64,000 nt of DNA, from NCBI GenBank assembly GCA_965218435.1, contig CBDCKW010000009.1, forward strand, positions 1,152,001-1,216,000, read 5' to 3'. Made by a program: the position numbers and the translations under genes. Shown in pieces: positions 18,824 to 27,789 of the stretch (position 1 is its first letter; each line of letters begins with the position of its first letter). Under the pieces are notes generated by a model. It had not been told where the DNA came from, ran no database searches, and worked only from the letters and a program-made list of their open reading frames with translations. The stretch is from Truepera sp. GTDB taxonomy: Bacteria; Deinococcota; Deinococci; Deinococcales; Trueperaceae.

Positions 18824-19032
18824 TGCGCTCTCCTGGATATAGCTTGGGGCGTGGGTTGGGACTGGGGCTCGAGGCGTTCGGCAACGCCCCGCAACTGCGC
18901 GGCAAGTCTCGAGCGCCATAACGGGCAGGGCTTGGCTTCATGCAGAAGGCGGCGTACTTCGGCCTCTCGTTGTAGCGTTTGGGCGCGACCCTCTACTTTA
19001 CTAACTTCGGCGTAAAACCTGATGCTGTCCAT
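18820..19032 (-). CDS. Small hypothetical protein, first gene of the DUF4097/DUF2089 operon
   Basis: RBS GGAGG; ATGA overlap with next gene. Confidence 0.7.
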   Translation of the reverse strand: MDSIRFYAEVSKVEGRAQTLQREAEVRRLLHEAKPCPLWRSRLAAQLRGVAERLEPQSQPTPQAISRRAQ

Positions 19033-19050
19033 ACCGCCTCCTTTTGCTAA

Positions 19051-19079
19051 AAGATAAACCTAAAACGTAAATATGTCAA
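19051..19079 (-). promoter_or_regulatory. Sigma70-type promoter of the DUF2089 operon
   Basis: Minus strand TTGACA-N17-TATCTT within an AT-rich tract. Confidence 0.6.
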
Positions 19080-19231
19080 GTAAAAATTAATAAATATAAA
19101 AATTGACTTATCACGTTTGTCTATTTGAGCTGTTATTCATAGAAAGTTGAATGAGATTAGGGCGGGGCTCGAGCTCCCTAAATCGGACGATAGGCGGAGG
19201 TTTGGGAGGCTACGCATTGGTATCTTGAACT

Positions 19232-20665
19232 ATGGCTTCACCGTCTCCCCGTATTTTCGATGCTGAGCACCGCACCCTTACCTTGGGCATCCTGATAGGG
19301 GTCACCCTCATCGCTTTTGAATCCCTCGCCGTCGTGACCATCGCGCCCCGTTTTGCCGCTGAACTGGGCGGCACCCATCTCTACGGCTGGGTCTTTAGCG
19401 GTCTGCTTTTGACCTCGCTGTTAGGCACTGTGATCGGCGGGCAGATGGCCGACACCAGGGGGCCGGGGCGGGTGATCTTGCTGGGGCTGATTATCTTCGG
19501 CTTGGGGCTCGCGGTCGGGGGCGCTGCGCCGACGATGCCGGTGCTGCTCGTCGGTCGGCTGTTGCAAGGTCTAGGTGGCGGTGCGCTCGGGACGGCGCTC
19601 TACGCGGTGGCCAACCTCGCCTACAGCGACCGTCTGCGCCCGGCGCTGTTCGCGGCGATGTCGAGCGCGTGGGTCGTGCCGGGGCTCGTCGGGCCGCTGC
19701 TGGCCGCCTTTATCGCGGCGGCGGTGGGCTGGCGCGTCGTCTTTTGGGGTCTTATCCCGCTGCTGGTGCTGGTCGCCGTTTTGACCGTCCCGGCCTTCCG
19801 CCGCTTTCCCCGTCCGAACGCGCCGACGCCGCCGAGCCGCCTGCCGCAGGCGCTCGGTCTGTCTTTTGGCACCGGGCTCTTTTTGGCAGGGTTGACGCTC
19901 GCCTCGTGGTGGGGCGCTGCGCTGCTCGCCGTTGGTGGGCCGTTGGCACTCATGAGTTTACGCCGCCTCATGCCCGCCGGGACGCTCCGGGCTCGGCGGG
20001 GACTTCCGGCGGTGGTGGCCTCGAGGGGTCTCTTTTACGCGTCGTTTGCCGGGGTCGAGGCGTTTTTGGCCTTTATGCTGACCCGCGTTCACGGTTATAC
20101 GGAGACCGTCGCGGGGGTCGTGATTGCAACCGGGGCGCTCAGCTGGGCGACCGGCTCATTTTTGCAGGCACAGCTCGATAAGCGCGGGACCGGCGAACCG
20201 GGGCGGGCGCGGCGCGTACGCTTTGGGACGCTGCTGATGAGTGCCGGACTCTCGGTACAACTCGTGGCGCTGTTCGCGCCGCTGTATTCGCTGCCGATCA
20301 GCATGGTGGGCTGGGGGACGGCGGGTCTGGGCATCGGCTTGGCGCACTCGACGGCCTCGGTGCTGGCGTTTGCGGCAGCCCCGGCCGGGCAGGGCGGGGC
20401 GGTCTCGGCGTCTTTACAACTCGCCGATCAGTTTTCCTCGGCGCTTTCGACCGGCATCGGGGGGGCGCTGCTCGCGTTCTCCGTGCAGCTCGGATTGTCG
20501 GAACAACTCGGCGTCGCGTGGGCCTTCGGGTTTTGTCTGCTGCTGATTTTTGGGGCGGTGTGGACGTCGGGGCGGCTCGCCTCACCGGACGCTAACTCTA
20601 GCGTTGCTGAAAACGTCACCGAGAACGTCGGGGTGCGGAGCGTCCCGGTCTCCGAAGGGCGGTAA
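19232..20665 (+). CDS. MFS transporter (DHA2-like)
   Basis: About 14 TM helices; GQMADTRGP motif A, GRLLQGLGGG. Confidence 0.9.
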   Translation: MASPSPRIFDAEHRTLTLGILIGVTLIAFESLAVVTIAPRFAAELGGTHLYGWVFSGLLLTSLLGTVIGGQMADTRGPGRVILLGLIIFGLGLAVGGAAPTMPVLLVGRLLQGLGGGALGTALYAVANLAYSDRLRPALFAAMSSAWVVPGLVGPLLAAFIAAAVGWRVVFWGLIPLLVLVAVLTVPAFRRFPRPNAPTPPSRLPQALGLSFGTGLFLAGLTLASWWGAALLAVGGPLALMSLRRLMPAGTLRARRGLPAVVASRGLFYASFAGVEAFLAFMLTRVHGYTETVAGVVIATGALSWATGSFLQAQLDKRGTGEPGRARRVRFGTLLMSAGLSVQLVALFAPLYSLPISMVGWGTAGLGIGLAHSTASVLAFAAAPAGQGGAVSASLQLADQFSSALSTGIGGALLAFSVQLGLSEQLGVAWAFGFCLLLIFGAVWTSGRLASPDANSSVAENVTENVGVRSVPVSEGR

Positions 20666-20674
20666 ACTTAGCGT

Positions 20675-21268
20675 GTGATTGCCTATTTAGACGGTGTGGT
20701 GGCCGAGGTGCGGGCGAACAGCCTGGTGGTGCAGACGGGCGGGTTCGGGCTCGAGGTGTTTGCCCCCAAATCTACCCTGATGGTCTCCAAAGTCGGGACG
20801 GCGCTGCGGCTCCACACCTATTTCCTTGTCAAAGAAGACCTGTTGGCGCTCTACGGCTTTCACGACCGCGACGCCCACACGCTTTTTACCTATCTGATCG
20901 GCGTGTCGGGGGTCGGGCCGAAGCTGGCGTTAGCACTCCTGTCAGGAATGCAGACCTCGCTGATTGCCGGGGCGATTTTGCAAGGTGACGCCGGACTTTT
21001 AGCGAGTGCGCCGGGCGTCGGGAAAAAGATGGCCGAACGCATCATCTTAGACCTCAAAAATAAACTCCCCGAAGAGTTGCAAGCACCGGGCGCGACGGGC
21101 CGGGTCATGACGCTCACGACGCCCGCCGCCGAAGACGCGGTCGAGGCACTGTTAGCCCTTGGCTACCGTGAGACGCAGGTCAAGGGCGTGGTCGCCGAAC
21201 TGGCGCTAAAAGAGAATGAAGCGACGGCCGAGGCGCTGATTCGGAAGGCGCTTTCGAGGCTCCGCTAG
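20675..21268 (+). CDS. ruvA: Holliday junction branch migration protein RuvA
   Basis: MIAYLDG, LYGF, VSGVGPKLAL, PGVGKKMAERIILDLK, ALLALGY. Confidence 0.97.
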   Translation: MIAYLDGVVAEVRANSLVVQTGGFGLEVFAPKSTLMVSKVGTALRLHTYFLVKEDLLALYGFHDRDAHTLFTYLIGVSGVGPKLALALLSGMQTSLIAGAILQGDAGLLASAPGVGKKMAERIILDLKNKLPEELQAPGATGRVMTLTTPAAEDAVEALLALGYRETQVKGVVAELALKENEATAEALIRKALSRLR

Positions 21269-21271
21269 GCC

Positions 21272-21646
21272 GTGAGTCACTTGTTTATGAAAGTCGCACC
21301 TGCAGACGCTGAGCCGGTAAGTCGCGCGAGGCTCGAGCAAGTTCTTACTTACCTGCGTGATTACCCTGCCTCGGTGGTGGCTGTCTCTTACGCCGGGGAC
21401 GCGCCGCCGCTCGCCCGTCTGGGTTCACTGGTGACCCGAGAACAGCTCGAGCAAGGAGCGATTCCCGACCCGGTGTTGCTGCGTTTTACCGAGCGCCTTA
21501 AAAAAGCCAGAGCGGATTTAAGTTTGGATGAGCTTTTGCAGTTGCCCGTCCCAGTGAGCGCCGGGGACCAAGAAGTTTACACGGCCCGGTTGGGTAAATG
21601 GCTTTTTGAAGTGAGGATGCTCGAGCGAACTTTATCCCGGTTGTAA
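21272..21646 (+). CDS. Hypothetical protein
   Basis: ORF fills the gap after ruvA with host-like codon use. Confidence 0.6.
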   Translation: MSHLFMKVAPADAEPVSRARLEQVLTYLRDYPASVVAVSYAGDAPPLARLGSLVTREQLEQGAIPDPVLLRFTERLKKARADLSLDELLQLPVPVSAGDQEVYTARLGKWLFEVRMLERTLSRL

Positions 21647-21703
21647 AGGGCTGCTGAAAGAAACGTTTATAGTCTCGAGTATGACTTCTGGGTTCTACAC
21701 GCC

Positions 21704-23086
21704 GTGAGCGCAACCTATCATCTGAAGCTGGGGCGGCGCAGCTACAGCTTCACTGACCTTAGAGACGTGCTGGCCAAAGCCTCACCGCACCGTTCCGGCG
21801 ATGTGCTGGCGGGTCTCGCGGCGACCTCGGCCGAAGAGCGCGTTGCCGCGAAGTACGTGCTGAGCGAGCTGCCCTTACAGATTTTTTTGGACGAACCGCT
21901 CGTCCCTTACGAGCAAGACGAGGTGACGCGGCTTATCGTAGATACGCACGACGCAAGCGCGTTCTCCCCGGTTGCGGGGTTAAGTGTCGGTGAGTTTCGT
22001 AACTGGCTCTTGTCCGACGAGGCCGATACAGCAACGCTTCAGGCGCTTGCGCCCGGACTTACGCCGGAGATGGTCGCCGCCGTCAGCAAGCTCATGCGTA
22101 ACCAAGATTTGATTTTAGCCGCCCGTAAGTGCCGAGTCGTCACGCGGTTTCGGACGACGATAGGTTTAGAAGGCCGGTTTTCTACTCGGTTACAACCGAA
22201 CCACCCGACCGACGACCCCAAGGGTATCCTGGCGTCTATCGTAGACGGGCTGATGTTCGGTGTCGGCGACGCGGTGATCGGGATCAATCCGGCGTCGGAC
22301 AGTGTGGCGTCGGCGGTGTCGCTGTTAACCATGCTCGACGAACTGAGGGGGGCGCTCGAGCTCCCCACGCAGATGTGCGTGCTGACCCATGTCACCAATC
22401 AACTTCGGGCCGTTGAGCAGGGTGCGCCCCTCGACCTCATGTTTCAGTCGGTGGCGGGCACCGAAGCTGCCAACGCCGGGTTCGGCGTCAATCTAGCCTT
22501 ACTCCGCGAAGCGAACGATGCAGCTCGTTCTTTGGCTCGCGGCACGTTAGGGAATAACGTGATGTACTTTGAAACCGGGCAGGGCGCGGCACTTTCGGCG
22601 GGCGCACATCACGGGCTCGATCTACAAACCGCCGAAGCGCGGGCCTACGCGGTGGCTAGGGCGTTTGAGCCGCTGCTGGTCAACACGGTCGTCGGCTTTA
22701 TCGGGCCGGAATACCTTTACAACGGCAAACAGATCATCCGAGCAGGGTTGGAAGACCACTTTTGCGGCAAACTTTTAGGGTTGCCGATGGGCTGCGACGT
22801 GTGCTATACGAACCACGCCGACGCCGACCAGGACGATATGGATACGCTCCTGACGCTTCTCGCAGCGGCAGGTGTGACGTTTGTCATGGGTGTGCCGGGA
22901 GCCGACGACATCATGCTCAACTATCAGAGCACTTCATATCACGACGCGTGGTACGTGCGGCAAGCTTTGGGGCTACGGCCTGCCCCGGAGTTTGAAAGGT
23001 GGTTGGAGCAGTTCGGTATCGTCCGGGAACACCGACTTACCCCGCCCGGAGCGGCGCAGCGGCTGCTGACCTTGGCGGGCGTTTGA
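21704..23086 (+). CDS. eutB: Ethanolamine ammonia-lyase large subunit
   Basis: RSGDVLAG, RLQPNHPTDD, YFETGQG, MGCDVCYTNH. Confidence 0.97.
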   Translation: MSATYHLKLGRRSYSFTDLRDVLAKASPHRSGDVLAGLAATSAEERVAAKYVLSELPLQIFLDEPLVPYEQDEVTRLIVDTHDASAFSPVAGLSVGEFRNWLLSDEADTATLQALAPGLTPEMVAAVSKLMRNQDLILAARKCRVVTRFRTTIGLEGRFSTRLQPNHPTDDPKGILASIVDGLMFGVGDAVIGINPASDSVASAVSLLTMLDELRGALELPTQMCVLTHVTNQLRAVEQGAPLDLMFQSVAGTEAANAGFGVNLALLREANDAARSLARGTLGNNVMYFETGQGAALSAGAHHGLDLQTAEARAYAVARAFEPLLVNTVVGFIGPEYLYNGKQIIRAGLEDHFCGKLLGLPMGCDVCYTNHADADQDDMDTLLTLLAAAGVTFVMGVPGADDIMLNYQSTSYHDAWYVRQALGLRPAPEFERWLEQFGIVREHRLTPPGAAQRLLTLAGV

Positions 23087-23087
23087 A

Positions 23088-23846
23088 ATGCCCGTCATCC
23101 GAACGCCGTGGGAGCACCTCAGAAACTTGACGGCGGCTCGTATCGCGCTGGGCCGCGCCGGGAGCAGTTTACCCACCGAGGAGGTTTTGGCTTTCGAGCT
23201 GGCTCACGCACGCGCCAAAGACGCGGTTTACGCGGCGCTTGACGTAACGCACCTAACACGGGAGCTGTCTCGAGACGGAGACGTGCTGAGCGTCCATTCC
23301 CAAGCTGAGTCCCACGAAACCTATCTCACCCGCCCCGACTTGGGCCGCTTGCTCAACCCGGCAGATGAGGCGTTACTCCGGGCACGGCGCGGCGCGTTCG
23401 ACCTCGTGATCGTCGTTGCTGACGGGCTTTCGGCGGTAGCTGTAAACCGGCACGCGGTCCCGCTCCTAGAGACGCTGGGGCCACTTCTCGAGCTCTATAC
23501 GCTGGCTCCTATCGTCTTGGCGCAAGGAGCTAGAGTCGCCCTCGCCGACGCTATCGGGGACGCGCTCGGCGCAAAGCTGAGCCTCGTGTTAATCGGCGAA
23601 CGCCCCGGCCTCAGCTCTCCGGAAAGCTTAGGTGCCTACCTGAGCTTCGCGCCGCGGCCCGGCCGTCTCGATTCGGAACGCAACTGCGTGTCGAACGTTC
23701 ACCCCGCCGGACTTTCAAACCGGGCGGCGGCGCAGCTGCTTTCGGTTCTTATCCGCGAAGCTCTGCGGCAACAGCTGACGGGCGTCGGGCTTAAAGTCGA
23801 GGGGGCGCTGACGTTACCCCCCGAAGCGTCCCGTCTGCCTAGCTGA
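23088..23846 (+). CDS. eutC: Ethanolamine ammonia-lyase small subunit
   Basis: TAARIALGRAG, YLTRPDLGR, ADGLS, LIGERPGL, RNCVSN. Confidence 0.97.
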   Translation: MPVIRTPWEHLRNLTAARIALGRAGSSLPTEEVLAFELAHARAKDAVYAALDVTHLTRELSRDGDVLSVHSQAESHETYLTRPDLGRLLNPADEALLRARRGAFDLVIVVADGLSAVAVNRHAVPLLETLGPLLELYTLAPIVLAQGARVALADAIGDALGAKLSLVLIGERPGLSSPESLGAYLSFAPRPGRLDSERNCVSNVHPAGLSNRAAAQLLSVLIREALRQQLTGVGLKVEGALTLPPEASRLPS

Positions 23847-23894
23847 CTTCTACATGAAGTCCTACCGAACCCCGACCTATTCGTGGACGCTCGG

Positions 23895-23960
23895 CCGCGC
23901 CCTGAGCAAACCTTTGACGCCCTACGCCTCAACGTGCTCAGCGACAGGCTTTTTGCGATT
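23895..23960 (+). pseudogene. Relic of the 5' end of the TMEM175-family gene (second copy at 27070-27135)
   Basis: Encodes PRPEQTFDALRLNVLSDRLFAI vs PRAEQTFDALRLNALSDGLFAI; 53/66 nt identical by hand alignment. Confidence 0.85.
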
Positions 23961-24124
23961 GCTCAGGTGAAAAAACGTGTGTGAGCCTCTCCCAAATCGC
24001 AGCGCGGCTGACAAGCCCGGTTCAAACGGTTTCAAGTTATTCTGTGGAGGTTTACGGTGTAAAAGCCGTGTGCCTCCGGGCTCAACCACCGGTGATTACA
24101 ACAGCTACCCGTTAGGGAGAACGC

Positions 24125-25255
24125 ATGAAGCTCAAAAAGATTACGGCGACCGAGGTCGTGGTGCCTGCCAAAGCCGGGACGATCAATAGCGAGGGGCTCG
24201 AGCGTCCCCTGCACAAACTAAGCAGCAAAGGCCGCGCGGCCTGGACGCAGCAGTTCGATACGCTCCCGAAGCTGCTGTTACAGCTTCACTGGGAGGGCGG
24301 CCTGGTGGGGCTGGGCGAATGCTACCGCGACCACGATTGGGAGACGGTTGCAACGATTTCGGCTTCACTGCTCGGCCTCGAGCTAGCGTCTTTAACCCTG
24401 CAAGAGCTGCCGATCAGCCCGTGCCGCGAATACGACGGGTTCGAGTGCGCCGTCTGGGACAGCACGGCCAAAGCGCATAACTTGCCGCTAGTGACGCTCT
24501 TAGGGGGCGCGGTGCGTGAGCGGGTGCTCGTCGGGGCGTGGACGGGTCACCGCGAGGTCGCTGAGATTCCCGACCTGGCGCGGCGGTTTGCGGCGCAGGA
24601 TTACCGGCACTGGAAGTTCAAGTGCGACCTGGAGGACGATGTAGCGGCCTGGTGCGCGGCCATTAAAGAGGCCGCCCCCGGGATGAAAGTCGTCTTGGAC
24701 CCCAACGAACGCTGGGAGTTTGCGTTCGAGGCGCGTGCCCGCCTAGATGAACTTGCCAAGCTTGGGAACGTGTTGTGTCTCGAGGACCCCTTGCCGCGTT
24801 GGAACTTAGACGCGTACCGTGAACTTCGCGCGCACAGCAGCGTGGCGATTGCGCTGCACGTCTCGCTGCCTTATCTTGCCCACGGACAGAGGGTTTCAGA
24901 CGCCATCAACGCCCTGACCCAGCACGCTGTAGACGGCTTTAACTTTAACGGCGGGCTCGCCAAGTTTGGGCAGCTGAGCAGTATCGCGGGGGCCGCGCAC
25001 TTACCCTTTTGGCATGGTAGTGAGCTAGATTTAGGCGTGCTCGAGGCCATGTACCTGCATCAGTGCGCCGCCGCCAAACTGTGTATCTGGCCGAGTGACA
25101 TCTTCGGACGGCTGGTACGGACGCACGACCTGCTCAAAACCCCGCTCCGGCTCGAGCCTCCCTACGCTTACCTGCCCACCGGTCCCGGCCTCGGCATTGA
25201 ACTGGACCTCGCTGCGCTCGAGACCTACACCACCCGTCAAGAGGTCTACGCGTGA
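24125..25255 (+). CDS. Enolase superfamily (mandelate racemase/muconate cycloisomerase-like) enzyme
   Basis: GLVGLGE, KFK motif, DPNE, EDP, PTGPGLGIELD. Confidence 0.88.
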   Translation: MKLKKITATEVVVPAKAGTINSEGLERPLHKLSSKGRAAWTQQFDTLPKLLLQLHWEGGLVGLGECYRDHDWETVATISASLLGLELASLTLQELPISPCREYDGFECAVWDSTAKAHNLPLVTLLGGAVRERVLVGAWTGHREVAEIPDLARRFAAQDYRHWKFKCDLEDDVAAWCAAIKEAAPGMKVVLDPNERWEFAFEARARLDELAKLGNVLCLEDPLPRWNLDAYRELRAHSSVAIALHVSLPYLAHGQRVSDAINALTQHAVDGFNFNGGLAKFGQLSSIAGAAHLPFWHGSELDLGVLEAMYLHQCAAAKLCIWPSDIFGRLVRTHDLLKTPLRLEPPYAYLPTGPGLGIELDLAALETYTTRQEVYA

Positions 25256-26127
25256 CGGCTAATCCGTTTCTAAACGACCCCGACCGCTACGCCATCTGGG
25301 AGATGCTTGTCACGCGCGACATCGCCGCGTTTGTCGCGCAAGATTGGGAACAAGTCGCAGGCGACTTTATCGAACCGGGTTTTTGGGGTCTCGACGCCCG
25401 GTTTCGTGCGAATCCCGATTCGTGGCAGCTCAGCTTTCCTACGTTGGCGAGCTACCGCGAGGCGTGGCTGGAGCAAGCTCATGCGAATGCTGGACGTATA
25501 ACTCCGGTCAAACTGAGTGAGGCGCTCATGGACGCGACGACGCTTAGAGACATCGAGCTGAAGGGGGAGAGCGCCGTCGCGCACAAAAAATTTGACGGTG
25601 AGCTTCGCTTTGATGACGGTTCGGTAGAGACGCTCCGTTGGCAGACGCTCTACCACTGCCGCAAGGTGGCGGGTGAGTGGAAAATCGCTGGATTCGTAGG
25701 GTACTTACTCAATCCACTGGGTGAAGCCGCAGCGGGTGCAACCGCTTTGGTCAAAGAAGTTCCGGTGGGCTCGAGCCAGCACGCGACCGCCGGGCCGTAC
25801 TCGCCGGTGCTGCGCGTCCGGGCCACCGAACTCGTGGTGATTTCGGGGCAGGTCGGGGTCGCACCTGACGGCAGCGTCCGCAGTGACGACTTTACGGCGC
25901 AGACTGAGGATACTCTAGATAACTGTTTTGCGAAGCTCTCGAGCGCCGGATTAGGAGCTGCCGACGTCTTTAAGGTCAACGTCTACCTGACTGATTTGGC
26001 CAACTGGGAGGCGTTTAACGTGGTGTACCGAGAACGCTTTCCCGACCCTAAACCGGTCCGCACTGCTGTCGGCACCCAGCTCTTACCCGGTATCTTGGTC
26101 GAAGTCGAACTGTGGGCCGCGCGGTGA
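25252..26127 (+). CDS. NTF2/SnoaL-like domain fused to a RidA (YjgF) domain
   Basis: N-terminal domain ends WKIAGFVGYL; C-terminal GPYSP, SGQV, FNVVY, PVRTAV, LVEVE. Confidence 0.8.
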   Translation: MTANPFLNDPDRYAIWEMLVTRDIAAFVAQDWEQVAGDFIEPGFWGLDARFRANPDSWQLSFPTLASYREAWLEQAHANAGRITPVKLSEALMDATTLRDIELKGESAVAHKKFDGELRFDDGSVETLRWQTLYHCRKVAGEWKIAGFVGYLLNPLGEAAAGATALVKEVPVGSSQHATAGPYSPVLRVRATELVVISGQVGVAPDGSVRSDDFTAQTEDTLDNCFAKLSSAGLGAADVFKVNVYLTDLANWEAFNVVYRERFPDPKPVRTAVGTQLLPGILVEVELWAAR

Positions 26128-26140
26128 TCTGGAGCAGATT

Positions 26141-26929
26141 ATGATCTGGGACAAGCTGACGAGCCCGCAGCTCGCGGCGCTCCCCAAAACTGTACCGGTC
26201 GTCTTGCCGCTCGCCGCGACTGAACAGCACGGCCCGCACCTGCCGCTCGCTACCGACCGCCTGATCGCCGAGCACTTTATGACGCGCTTAGACGAGGAAC
26301 TTAGGGAAAACGTTCTTATTTTACCGACGGTCGCGGTGGGTTGCTCGGAGCATCACCTGGACTTTTGCGGGTCGCTGACGCTGACGCACGAACACTTTGC
26401 GGCGTATGTAACCGATGTGCTCACCTCAGTTCAGAGCCACGGGTTTACCAACCTAGTGATGTTTAACGCCCACGGGGGCAATTTAGCCGTCGGGCAGACG
26501 ATTTTAGAAATCTTCGGACGACGACGCCCCGAGTGCCAGGTTGTCATGATGACCTGGTGGCAGCTCGCTACGGCTGAGCTGCTTGAACTCAGCGAAACGG
26601 GTCCCGGCGGCGTCGGGCACGCCGGTGAGTTTGAAACATCGCTGCTGCTCTACTTCGCTGAGGCTTTAGTTCAAAAAGATAAGTTGCCCGATAACGGCTT
26701 AGCACCGACCTATACGTGGGCCGAGAGTGATATGCTCCGGCGCGGCAACGCGAGCCTCTACCGCCCCTTCAACACGATGACGCGTAACGGTGTCGTCGGG
26801 GTACCTAAAGCGGCGGGTGCCGACAAAGGGGCGCGGATCAGCGATATTGTCGTGGCGCACGCGGCGCGTATTCTGAGGTCTTTACAGGACTCACCGGGCG
26901 TTGTCCACACAGAGGGTCACGACTCATAG
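26141..26929 (+). CDS. Creatininase / creatinine amidohydrolase family protein
   Basis: EQHGPHLPLATD, SEHH, NAHGGN, HAGEFETS. Confidence 0.92.
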   Translation: MIWDKLTSPQLAALPKTVPVVLPLAATEQHGPHLPLATDRLIAEHFMTRLDEELRENVLILPTVAVGCSEHHLDFCGSLTLTHEHFAAYVTDVLTSVQSHGFTNLVMFNAHGGNLAVGQTILEIFGRRRPECQVVMMTWWQLATAELLELSETGPGGVGHAGEFETSLLLYFAEALVQKDKLPDNGLAPTYTWAESDMLRRGNASLYRPFNTMTRNGVVGVPKAAGADKGARISDIVVAHAARILRSLQDSPGVVHTEGHDS

Positions 26930-26999
26930 CTGTAAAAACTATAGCCGTAAAAAAATTGGAACTGTACAAACTGAGACGCGTTTTCGGGTCTGCTGCTAA

Positions 27000-27019
27000 G
27001 GGGCGGCTCGAGCCGCCCC
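27000..27019. repeat. Perfect 20-bp palindrome centred on CTCGAG
   Basis: GGGGCGGCTCGAGCCGCCCC. Confidence 0.8.
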
Positions 27020-27051
27020 AACTGACCTGGACGCTTGGCTATACTTAAACG

Positions 27052-27768
27052 ATGCTGACTCCCGGCCCCCCTCGAGCTGAACAAACCTTTGACGCTCTCC
27101 GCTTAAACGCCCTCAGCGACGGGCTTTTTGCCATCGTGCTGACACTCCTCGTACTCGACATCAAGTTGCCGGAGAATGTGAGCGCGTCGGCCTCGACGCG
27201 TGAGCTGTTAAGGCTGCTCGTTCCTGCGCTTTCAGGCTATCTCATCACCTTCGTCCTCGCGGGCGTGTACTGGATTCTCCATAACCGCCTTGTCGAATCG
27301 CTGCGTGTTATTACCCCCCAACTGCTGTGGCTCAACCTGATGCTGCTGCTTTCGGTGGGCCTGCTACCTTTTAGTGCAGCGGCACTATTCGGAGACAATA
27401 ACCTCGGCTATCCCTTTTACAGCGTCAATATGATTTTGATCGGTGTGACCCAGGCGGCTCTGTGGGGCTACGCGGCAGCGGCGGGGTTGTTAAAAGAAGA
27501 GCAGCGAGACCCCAAGCACGTTCGGACGGTGCTGGGGCGTACCCTAATCACACCTTTGGTCTTTGCCTTCGTTTTGGTACTGCGGCCCGTCGCGCCGACC
27601 GTCGCACCGTTCCTACCCTTCGCACTTTTCCCTGGGCAGCTTTTGTTTCGTGAACCGCGCGGCGCTCGGGACGCTCCAGCGCAGCCGAGGTGGGCCACAT
27701 TTTGGCGCTTCGTGGCTTTTGCACCTGTAATCGCGTTTTTTCTCGCGCTGCTCTGGCTTAGAGGCTAG
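27052..27768 (+). CDS. TMEM175 family potassium channel-like protein
   Basis: RLNALSDGLFAIVLTLLVLDIK signature, YWILH, LLPFS; leaderless TATACT. Confidence 0.9.
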   Translation: MLTPGPPRAEQTFDALRLNALSDGLFAIVLTLLVLDIKLPENVSASASTRELLRLLVPALSGYLITFVLAGVYWILHNRLVESLRVITPQLLWLNLMLLLSVGLLPFSAAALFGDNNLGYPFYSVNMILIGVTQAALWGYAAAAGLLKEEQRDPKHVRTVLGRTLITPLVFAFVLVLRPVAPTVAPFLPFALFPGQLLFREPRGARDAPAQPRWATFWRFVAFAPVIAFFLALLWLRG

Positions 27769-27789
27769 TGCCTTCCTCGCCGCTTGTCT

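Noticed and set aside
21704..23846. eutBC without microcompartment genes
   Set aside because: Minimal eutBC loci are common and well known
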